From: Chlorokybus atmophyticus
Lineage: Eukaryota; Plantae; Mesostigma and Chlorokybus algae
DNA: 64,000 nucleotides
Assembly (NCBI GenBank): GCA_009103225.1
Contig: RHPI01000385.1
Coordinates: 402,493 to 466,492, forward strand
Direction of reading: 5' to 3'
Shown here: piece by piece, positions 27,686-37,923 of the stretch
Position numbering within the stretch: the stretch's first letter is position 1
Layout: every line of letters begins with the position of its first letter
The notes under the pieces: generated by a model
The model's database searches: none
What the model was told of the DNA's origin: nothing
The model's input: only the letters and a program-made list of their open reading frames with translations
Translations under genes and position numbers: made by a program

Positions 27686-28243
27686 GCATTGCTGCTTGTG
27701 CTGGTAGTGCAGTGTAAGCTGGATGTGCTGATGCTTGACAGCTGCTGTCAGTCTTGTTCAAAACGCCCCGCGTGTGCGTATGCTCATGGCTCTTGATCAT
27801 TGGATCCCGTGCTTTGGCATCGAGTCACTCGAGTCAGCACTCAAAGCTGGGTTTTCACCTCCACTGGCCCTACTATCGCTGGCCCCAGTGCAGTCCAATG
27901 TGCATCGCATGGGTTGGAGCTGCGTAGGCGGTGGTGTGTGGTGGAGTGACTGTGCTGTTACTAACACAACACTCAACATATCTTCATTGCATAAGGTTAA
28001 GTGAAGCTACCAGTGTACAGGATTCATGACATGATGTTGTGCACACGCAACACCATGCTACATGCACACCATTCAACCATCGCACGCACACGGTTACACG
28101 ATTCACCAAGTAGTTACCACCGGGCTAATATCTATTGCACTACCCTATATATACTAGCCCTCCAAGGTAGGCATGCATGCACATTTACAACTGAACACAG
28201 CCCCGTTCAGATACTTGCCTAGGCAGGGCCCCACAACCGGACA

Positions 28244-28496
28244 GCCTCATCTCTCAATCCGCCAAGTTGAAGGTGGTGGTCTCCCAATTCCATTAGGGTC
28301 ATACGTGTTTCTACGGTAACATTTTAGGTGGGAGATGGTGCAGCTGTTACGGGGTATGGTGGCTGAGGGCTATCACATGCGGGCTTTGCTGGGAAAGTTG
28401 CGGGCAAAGATGTACCAAATGCAAGGGAAGGTGTACGATATGTCTTACCAGCAGCTGTACGTCATGGTGGCTACACGGTGTAACACCTCAACATAG
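28244..28496 (+). mobile_element. Degenerate Penelope-like retroelement RT C-terminal (thumb) fragment
   Basis: Across frameshifts and a stop it reads PHLS..AKLKVVVSQFH(R)VIRVST..HFRWEMVQLLRGMVAEGYHMRALLGKLR. This resembles the 'AKYGxxxSQFHRF...F..E...L...GY' region I recall from algal/fungal PLE RTs. Recognised by eye only. Confidence 0.45.
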
Positions 28497-29657
28497 GTGA
28501 GTGAGGTAAGTGTGGTAAGTGGTTACGCATGTGTGGGGAGCAGAGTGTCTGCCCGCACATGCATGCATTCGTTGTTGGCTTGGTGCACAGTTCAGCGAGT
28601 GCCTACTTGACAACTTGACTGATTGCTTGACTGACTGCCTTACTAATTGCTAACTCAATGACTGTTTGCACATCATTCTCAACGGCAGTTGCGCTGGCAC
28701 CTGCCGATCCCCTGCAGCCATGGCTTCGGTCTTACCACACAACTTACAAGACCTGCTACACAGCCTCAGCCGCAATCGCTGGCGCTCATTTGCACAGCAC
28801 TGCGAGCATCCCCGCCCTCCGCCCTGCCTAACCTGCCTGCGCTTGCTGCTGCTGCTACGCTCTATCCATGGTCTTGCCCTCGGCCTGCACAGCCTGCGTC
28901 CTTACCCCTACCGCCTGTTGCACAGGTCTGCTTTGCAGACTCGACTCTACTTGCCCCTTGCCTGCCCTGCTGCCTCTGCCCCTCCCCTTCCCTCCGCCTT
29001 GCACCAGCACTTAGCTAGTGCACATAGGTTACTTATTGCCCTTGCCCTTTAATTGAGCTGCCATTGCCCGTGTGCTTACTGGTGCTTGTGCTGCCTGTGC
29101 GTGTGTTGTGTCAACGTCTGGAAAGCCTATGCACAGTTACACGTGGCAATTGCCTGCACCACTGCCGATGTGCTGTGTGCGGCGCTAGGGGTAAGTATTC
29201 TGGATATGTTGTGTGCGATGCGATTGGCGCTGTGTTGTACCCATGTGCTTGTTTGTTGAGTTGTGTTGCCAAGGTTACGAGGTTAATTCAGATATTTTGC
29301 TTCCGTATATTTGTATGTAGAGCAGTGATAGTTTGGTCGAGTGTGTGGCAGCACACGATGCCATTGGGTAAATCACAGGGTTTTCAGCGCGCGCGCGTGT
29401 GCTGAACATGCAGCAATCTGCATGTCGACGTGCCGTGTGTGCGAGTAGCAGGCCAGCTGTCATGCGCATATCGTTTACTTGACGGGCCAAAAATACGTGC
29501 CGGGCTACACATTAGGTGCAATCTCCCTTCACATTCACTGTGCATTATTGGACCGCGATGTGTCTGTCTCGGCATCATCGCATATAACGCAATTCTGATT
29601 TGGATTGGATACAACAAGCGGAGAGTGGGATGGCATTGTATTGCAACTAACATTGCA

Positions 29658-29760
29658 ATCAAGTTGTGCTTAAGAATTTCGGGTAGAATTCGGGTAAAGT
29701 AGAGGCTTATCTCTTTGCAAAGAGATAAGCCTCTACTTTACCCGAAAGCACAGCTTGATG
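29658..29760. repeat. Foldback hairpin: 27-bp perfect inner stem with 3-nt loop, plus a 14-bp outer stem
   Basis: 29690-29716 tcgggtaaagtagaggcttatctcttt pairs with 29720-29746. 29658-29671 pairs with 29747-29760 with one G-T wobble. 18-nt bulge at 29672-29689. Confidence 0.95.
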
Positions 29761-30230
29761 AAGCATGCTTAATATGCTTGCTTTAATTATCATGCGCAAT
29801 ACGCATGGCTGCATGCTGTTAGGCCCTTTTTGTTCCGCCGTGGAGCGAGGGGAGGCAATCATGCTGCGGGGCATAACAACAGTGGTTGTGCTAGTTTGGG
29901 CATCAACGACATCAGACCCTTCCATGAAGGCAGACGCGGCCCTCGCTCGTAATTGGCATTCAAATTCATGAATGTATTGCTGGAAAGGTAATAGCGCGAT
30001 ATCGCATTGTGTACATCAATGTACAATAATGTATCATACATCATCGGTAATGCATTATCGTGTTATGATGATGCATTACACAGTAATTGTTTTTACTTGT
30101 AATGCAAAGGTATCAAACATATAGAGCTGCGTTTTGGATTATTAACCTTGCGCATAGTATGGCTGCCGCACGCTACGATCAATGACATTTACAAGCACAT
30201 GGATTAAGGAAAAGACCTCGTAAAAGCACT

Positions 30231-30432
30231 TACTGTGCAAACCGCATGAAATGCCCCCTTCTTTACATAATTCCCCCTTTTACATAAGCCCCCACACCTT
30301 GTTTGTTTGGGGGGGGGCTTGTAATTGAGCCTAATTCTACCGGTAAAACGGCACTTTTACACAAGCCCTCCACCCTTTTAGCTTACAAGCGGGCTTATAA
30401 TAAGGGGGGCTTCTAAACGGGCAAATACGGTA
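30231..30432. mobile_element. Putative Tc1/mariner-pogo-type MITE (about 200 bp)
   Basis: The right end reverse-complements to TACCGTATTTGCCCGTTTAGAAGCCCCCC (TA plus a CCGTATTT-type TIR). The left end tactgtgcaaaccgcatgaaatgccccc is a degenerate match. A related fragment lies at 48327. Confidence 0.45.
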
Positions 30433-30586
30433 CGTTGTGTTTTAGCAACGCAATAAGCTATACTAGCTTTAGAATTAGAGAAGCTCGGCTATTGTTGCAG
30501 CAACTTACCAGTACCTTTTGTTTATCATATGTACTGTAAGCCAATTGAACATGTCAACTCTTGAGTCTGGTATATGATAATGTCAA

Positions 30587-30897
30587 GTTACGAAATGAGG
30601 GGTTTTCACTAGGGCACATTAGCAAATAGCGATGATGGTTGAGGATTTCATATGAATTTATGCAACAACTGTAACATTCCCATGCGACATTTCGCGGTGA
30701 CTATCAAATGTTTCTCATTCGTCCTGTTTTTGCGGCAAAACTTGAGTACTATCCCCCAACGGGGGATAGTACTCAGAAGCTTTTGAACTCGGGATCTTTG
30801 GCTTTCAAGCTCCGACACAAAATGTTACGAAGTAAGGGGTTTCCGTTAGGTCACATCAGCAAAAGGCAGTGATGGTTGAGGAGGGTTTCATATAAAA
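30587..30897. repeat. Two diverged ~72-bp direct repeats (30587-30657, 30824-30897) flanking a perfect 15-bp hairpin (30743-30775)
   Basis: gttacgaa(a/g)t(g/a)aggggttt...cacat(t/c)agcaaa...gatggttgagga...tttcatat(g/a)aa at both copies. tgagtactatccccc-aac-gggggatagtactca between them. Confidence 0.8.
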
Positions 30898-31692
30898 TAA
30901 TGCTATAATTGTAATATATAATCCAGCAGACATGGCAGCGAAGCCCACAACGGCAAGTATATGGGGAGCAGTTCCTGATGCCAGTGTGAAGGAGCATAGA
31001 GTATAGCACCGAAGCGCCAACGACAACGGCAGCAGTGTGCTACATGCCGTGCATGGGACTGTATGCTGTGCGCCAATGGGTGCAAACCCTAACCTTTACT
31101 GCAGCGACGCAAATGCGGCCAACCGGCATAGCGTCAAGACCGAGGGTTGAGGAGGGTGCAGGGAAGGGAGGAGGGAGGAGTAGTTCAAGTGCTGCTGCTG
31201 TCATGACCGCTAGTGCTGCTGCTGCAAATGGGCCGCTAACCATGATGGCGCTGATGCAGGTAAGCACGACTGTTATGTGTGCATGCATAACAAGCAGCGG
31301 GGCATAGAGGTAGGCGTATGAGTGGAGTGGGTAGCTCGGTGGTCGTGTATGCAGCAACAAGGAGTGTGTTGTGCAAAGTGTTGCACGCGTGGTGTGAATG
31401 GGCATACCCCTCTCGCATTTGTCGTACAACTGGAATGGGATCCGGTTCTAAGACTATCTGCGAGCCCAAACCAGTTCCCGCTGGCGCGGCGCTCCCATTG
31501 GCCGGACGAACATTCTGATCCGAGGTCGCAACCCTAAAACCCTCTCGCGAGCTCGTGCATAAAGTGTGCCGCTGCTGTGTTGGCAGTCGCAGTATAGGAC
31601 ATAGCGTAGGTGGCTTCGGCGGCGGCGGCGGCGGAGGAGGGAGGAGCAGGAGGCGGAGCTGGTGGACGAGGACAAGGAGGTACTGCTGGCGC

Positions 31693-33859
31693 ATGTCCTT
31701 GTTCATGGCGGGGTCTGTGTGCCTCATCGACGGGATGCTAGCTGGATCTTGCGCGCTGCGAGCGCCGCCGGCTCCCGCAAACAGGTTGCGGCGGCGGCGG
31801 AGGAGGCAAAAGGGGTTGCTGCTGCCGCAGCAGCTGGCGGCAAATGACGGCCTGCAGTATATATGGCGTGGAGCGCGGCCAGTTATTGCTGAGCGGAGAA
31901 GCGACCTGCCCATGCCTGCGGACAGTGAGGTGAGTGGTGTGCTTTTCACTTGGGTCAATCACATCAATAGCTGCATGCATGCAGTGACTTCACCCCGCTG
32001 AGAAGTATTGGTATATGTGGTATGCCAATACTTCTCATATGTGGTATGCCCACAGCAGGCATTGCTTGCGGAAGGTTTTGCAAGTTGGGCCTCGGTGCTG
32101 CAGCGCGAAGAATGACTGAAGCGACTGTTGTTTTCGTCATGTTTGCAGCGTTGGAGTAAAGTGGCGTCCACAAGCGAGAGCGTTTTCTCGACACATGCGT
32201 CCCGCATGGCACATGAGCACTCCTCCAAAACTGTTCCCACGACACGCAAGCGCTATGTTGGTAAGTTGCATGCGATATCCGCAACCATGAGTTAGAAAGG
32301 GAGCTCCATTCTGTACGCTAGTTCACACTGACTCTCGTATTCCCTATGTTGCATTCAGACTGTCGAGCAGCAACTCTGGCAGCTGTTTTGGAAAAGCCTG
32401 AGGAGACTGTCGTTTCACTAAGGCGAAGTCCCTCCCCGCTGCTGCCCTCATCCGGCGTTGAGGTGCATTTGCGGCGCGTTGAAGGCGGGGACGGGGATAG
32501 CTCATCCTTGACGCGACGGATGGTTGCCGCTGTTGCAATAGATGCTCCGTCATCGGAGGTGTGGAGTGCGATGAAGCGCGAGGTGGCTGCCGCCAAAGCC
32601 AAGAGGCCAGAGGTTACACTTGGCCCCTTTCGCTGCGTGATGGAGGTGTTGCGAATGGAGGTGAGTGGCCGGGAGGTGCGTTTCCGCCAAGTGCAAGGAG
32701 AGTTTCGTTCCTTGCATGGGAAGTGGAGTCTGGAACCGTCACCCATTGATCCCTGTTCGACCGTCCTGAAATGCGCTGTTGAAGTTGTCCTTCCCAACAT
32801 GCCAGATCCAGACGTGGTACTTGAGAGGGTGAGTACTATCTCTATGTTGTAGAGCAGGGGCATACACGGGCATGCATGCTTGCTGTTGCAACAATATTCT
32901 AGCAGCAACTTGCAGTATGCTGTGCAAACTCCTGTCTGTTGCGCTGCACACATTGTGGAACGAATCATGTATGTAGGTAGTGTATGAAGTCCTGCCCAAG
33001 CGTATGCGTGCCATCCGAGATCGCTTGGAGGCTTCCCTCGCAGCAGGCACCAGCTTGAGTCCTGCACCAGTGCAGGTCAGTGTACTGCCACAAACAGCTC
33101 CGATGGCTACCCGAAGAAGGCGGCGAAGGACAGTTGTCACGCGGGGCATTGATGAGTTGGTTAGTGAGCTGCGCAAGGTCGCTGCAGGACAGGGCCGTCC
33201 CGACCGCATGCCGCTCAGGGCAGAGCTGAGGGCAGCTCAGCGGGTTGATCTGGAGAAGCGAATTGCTATACATGGAGGCTTTCAGGTACATATAGGATGA
33301 CCAATTGTTGCAGATGCATGCTGTGCGCGCATGCACACGCACACGTACACATACATGTATTGTTGATGAGTTTTATGGCATTGGTCGTGTCACTGAATGC
33401 GGGACCACTTGCAAGGTTGTTACATGTCGCTTAAGTGTGATTGTCTGCACTCATGTTGTCATTCTCTGCTGGTCCTGTTCCTAGGCTAAAGTTATGTGGT
33501 GTATGCAGGCTGTGGCAGATATTGCAGGCTTACAGATGTCCTATGCTCGCAAGCCGGCCGGCTACTGGGACGATTTGGCCAACATCCGATGCGAGCTGCA
33601 TGAGTTCATCACGCAGACGGGGTCCGAGCCCGGTCTGATGCCCACACGCAACGCGCTGATCAAGGCCGGTCGCTACGATCTTGCGCGCGCGTACGAGAGG
33701 TGGGGCGGCTTGCGCGAACTTGCCGCCATGTTGAAGATGCGCGTGCATCGGCCTCCATCCCGCCTGCAAGTGTCGCAAGCACGCCGCGCGCTGAAGGCGT
33801 CAGAGGCGCTTATTGCAGCCTCACATGCCGCGCGCAGTAAAATTCTGATCAGCGGTTAG
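31693..33859 (+). CDS. SRPBCC/polyketide-cyclase-domain protein with C-terminal helical repeats (At5g08720-like)
   Basis: RRMVAAVAIDAPSSEVW...VRFRQVQGEFRSLHGKWSLE (SRPBCC), then MPLRAELRAAQRVDLEKRIAIHGGF and RKPAGYWDDLAN...MPTRNALIKAGRYDLARAYERWGGL. A phase-consistent exon chain starts at ATG 31693; the start is tentative. Confidence 0.85.
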
Positions 33860-34539
33860 CGCCCTGCGCGGGTGCGCCATCCCTCCCCCTCCCCCCTGTA
33901 GTTTCATCATGATATATGTCTGTGCAGCTGGGCCCTGCGTGGCCCTGAACTGTTGGCACACGTTGTATAGATTGTACAGGAGCATATCTGTATATTGAGC
34001 AAATATTGTGGCCCGGAGATGAATATGTCTACGGTTGCTGGGAGTACTATGCTGCGCTTTGCAGAATCGTTGGAGTAGTCTTTCCCTATTCATCAGCAGG
34101 CAACGTACAACGTGCAAAGTGACTGGTACTAGGGACTAGCTGAAAAGCACAGCATCAAGTGTTGTAGTGATTTGCAGTGCCTTGAACTATTGCACTCCGG
34201 TTCACCTCATGCACATTTTGGCCCCTCTCTATTTCTTTAACGCTGCACTGTAGTAAGTGAGGGCCAGTACATAATGCATCAGCATATTGCATACCAAGTG
34301 TTTGTTGACGGTCCCTACAACAATCATATATAGTCAAGCCTTGTGCCAGCAAACACCAGCATTCTACACGTATAGAACAAGAATTGTTTCAACATGACAC
34401 TGTGTGCAGTTCATGTTGCCGACTGACCAACCGCAGTCTGTGTACCGGTAATGTACAGCAGGTTGCAAGACGCAACCTGACAACACACTCTACTGTTACA
34501 AGCAGATGGAAACCCCACAGCGTCCTCTTTCATGCAGGA

Positions 34540-36123
34540 TCACGTGAGGTCGTTTTCATCCACCCCGTCACCTAGCGTGCTCACTTCCTGCTTCGCTATG
34601 TCTCCAATGGGAAGCTTCTTGGCCAACGCAGTGATCTGTAGTCAGAATTGCAAACGGGTCAGCATTGCAATGTGCACGTGTGCGTGCATGTGCGCATGCG
34701 CGTATGTGTGTGTCTGTGCCTGCGTGCTTTCAAGACACATCAGAGTCTGTGATCCCAACGCTCACATGATGATCGAGATAGTTGAATGCGGGCGTGGTCG
34801 CCACTATCTTCTTCACCGCCTCCTTATCTCCCTCCTTGTACGCATCAATCAACCTCTCTGCCGCTATGCACTGCTCCGAGCTGGCGAATGCAGGTATGTC
34901 CGCCACATCATTGAACCCGAGCTCCGCTTGACGCACGTCCCCTGTCGAGAGCCACACGACGACCGCGGAGAGGTACGCGCGGCACTGGGACGCCGTCGCA
35001 TTCGCACGCTGACAAGCAAGACCGTGACGCAAGAGCACCGCAGCGGCCTCGGATGAACGACCGAGCTTTAAGAGAGCACGCACGCAGGCCTGGAAAGCCT
35101 CTGTGGCCTACACAACAACAATAACAACAGTGTGTGTTTGTGCCGTCTTCTGCACTTGAGCACTACTGCACATCACTTGGCAGCTGCAGTGCACACAACA
35201 CAGTACTAGTCGCTTGACATGAGACTGCAATGCAGCACTTGCAAAACAACTCAGCACAAGCGTAGCTTACGTAGCACGCGGGATCAGAAGCAACTCATGC
35301 TAAGCAATGCGATGCTTCTGTTGTCCAAATGCGCTGCATTTGGACAACAGAAGCATAGCATTGCACTCGTGCTTTGCCTAGTGGTACACACACACACCTA
35401 TGCTTTCTATGCAATGCATTTACTTACACAATGCGCAGCAAAGGCGAAAGCAACACACGTCTTTGCGATTCATTCCACCTTGATCAAGTCAATGAGAGAT
35501 CAACCAAGAGGAGCGCCTCCTTACGCACAAACAGTACCAGAGTGGCATTCTTGCTTATTTCTTATACTTTAAGAAATAAGCAAGAATGGTGTAAGCTATA
35601 AATTGTGTGCTTGTGTGCTTGTGTGCTTGTGTATGTTCACCTGTCCCTCTTTGCCCTCCTCCTCATAGGCCTCGCAGGCATCAAGTAGCAGAAGGACGGC
35701 CTCGGCGGGATCGTTGTCCAGAACGGCCTTGCCTGTACGGGCGAGGGTGTCAGCGGCACGCTCCCCCCTGCCAGCCTCCCTGAACAGCTCCGCCGCCCTC
35801 CTGGCCAGCTCTGAGGCGGTGCTGTCGGTGGAGGAGGAGAAGGTGGAGGTGGAGGAGGCGGCGATGGAGGCAGCGGACTCCAGCTGTCCCGCCGCCGTGT
35901 AGGGCGACTTGAGGCGCTCGTGGGCGTGGGCGGCCTTCTCGTGGGCGGCGCGGGCGGCGGGGAGGTCCTTGGCAGCACGGAAGAGCGCCGCCGCACGCTC
36001 GTAAAGCGGGGCCGCCTCCGCCCAGTCGGGCGTCCACCTCGTCAGCGACAGCGACGAGGCCTTGTCGGCCTTCTTCAGCAACGCAGCCGCCTCCTTACCC
36101 TTGGCCGCCGCCGCCGCCTCCAT
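34540..36123 (-). CDS. GSNAP: Gamma-soluble NSF attachment protein (gamma-SNAP)
   Basis: LLKKADKASSLSLTRWTPDWAEAAPLYERAA, KSPYTAAGQLESAA, ATASQCRAYLSAVVVWL, SEQCIAAERLIDAYKEGD, ending DENDLT* (TGA 34540-34542). Three exons. Confidence 0.93.
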
Positions 36124-36231
36124 GTTATCGCCGTGCTCCTCCTCGTCGCCGTCGTTGCTTTCGCTAGCAGCATAGTTGTGCTCCTCGTTGGCGTCAACAG
36201 CGTTGACCGTCGTGGGGGCGGGCGCCCACCC

Positions 36232-37892
36232 ATGTCGAAGGCGGCGGCGGCCATGTTCAGGAGGGTCAGGCCAGCGACATCAACGCAACGATCAGCCACA
36301 CAGCTATCCGCACAGCCATCGCCGCTTGCTGTGTTGGTCTTCCTGCTCGTTGTCAACGTTACCTTCACTGCTGCTGCTTCCATCAACAGCTTCCCACATA
36401 GACCGTAAGTACATTGTGCATTGGGCCAACAACATCCACTACCAACAAGTACATGTGCAAGTACAATGCCTACATGTACTATCAACAGTTACAAGTACAA
36501 GTACAAGTGCAATCACATTGCAAACATCACGAGTTCATACACGTGTGCAATGCTCACAGCCACAATTGAACTACAAGCACATGCCGATGGTGATGACGTG
36601 ACAGCGTTGCCGGCTGGTATTGTAAGCATACATGCTTGAAGTCATCCCTTGACTGTTGCTGTGGAGTTTCAAGATCCAACACACAACAGCATTGGTATGT
36701 CGCATACGAACGTGGGGCACCAACACCAACACCAACAGGGTGGAGCTTGTGAGGCCTGCCGGCACGCACACGAAGCTCGAGACGGTGGCGGAGGGCATCG
36801 AGTTGCTGGCGTCGCTGCCGGGACCCGTCGCGCCCGTCGCCGTCGTTGGACCGTACCGCAGCGGCAAGCTGTGTGATGTGTGACGAGTGTGTGTTGTGAC
36901 CAGTCTGCGTGATCGTGAGTGCGCGGGCGCGTGTGAGAGATACATGTGTGTTCTGTTCTGCTTGCTCTAAGCGGCAACGTCTCATGCAGGCAAAAGTTTC
37001 CTGCTCAACCAGCTTCTTGGCCTCCCCTGCGATGAAGGTGAGGAATTCGCGCGCGCGCGTGCACACATGCATTGGTCGTATACGTGCAATCTTGCGCAAG
37101 CGCGCATGCGAGTGCATGCTTGTGGGTGCGCATTCGCGCACACGTGTGCATGCGCACGTGCGTGCACGCACATGTATTCACAAAACGCCCATTGGCACGC
37201 GTGCATGCTGGATAAGTCAATGTGAGCATGTGAAACGTACCAACATACCAATCAGCCAGCACACTCAATCATGGTAGTTCTGCATGCAACACCAAGTAGA
37301 CGCTCTGCCGTGACAGGCTTTGGCGTGGGACACATGCGAGACACAAAAACCAAAGGTACGATACCGACCCAACAACGTGTGCGCTACGTGAGGGTTGTTT
37401 GGGTAACGCACTCGCAAGCACACACGCACGCACAGAGGCACTCACGCAGGCACTCACCCACCCACCCACCCACTCACACCCACCCACACGCACGCACACT
37501 GGTACACACGCTTCCCTCAGGCATGTGGTTGTGGGGCGAGCCGCGTACATCCCCATCCCACCCTTCCGTCTCAGTAATGTACCTCGACACGGAAGGGTTC
37601 GAGTCGGCGGGTCGCGCGGGCGCCTACGACGAGCGCGTGTTCGCTCTGGCCGCCGCGACCGCGTCCGTCCTGGTGTACAACCTACCGGAGGCCGTGAGGG
37701 AGGCCGACGTCGCGAGGATGGCGCTGGCGGTGGAGCTGGCGGAGGAGTTCCATAGGAGGGCGGCCATCGCGCAGAGTGAAGAGGAACAACAGCTGCCGGT
37801 GCCGGCGTTTAGACCGGCGACGCTTGTTTGGCTCATACAACGGGACTTGTAAGTGGAGGGCGTTGTGTGTGCGACAGAGGTTGAGTTGTGTG

Positions 37893-37923
<31 letters not shown>

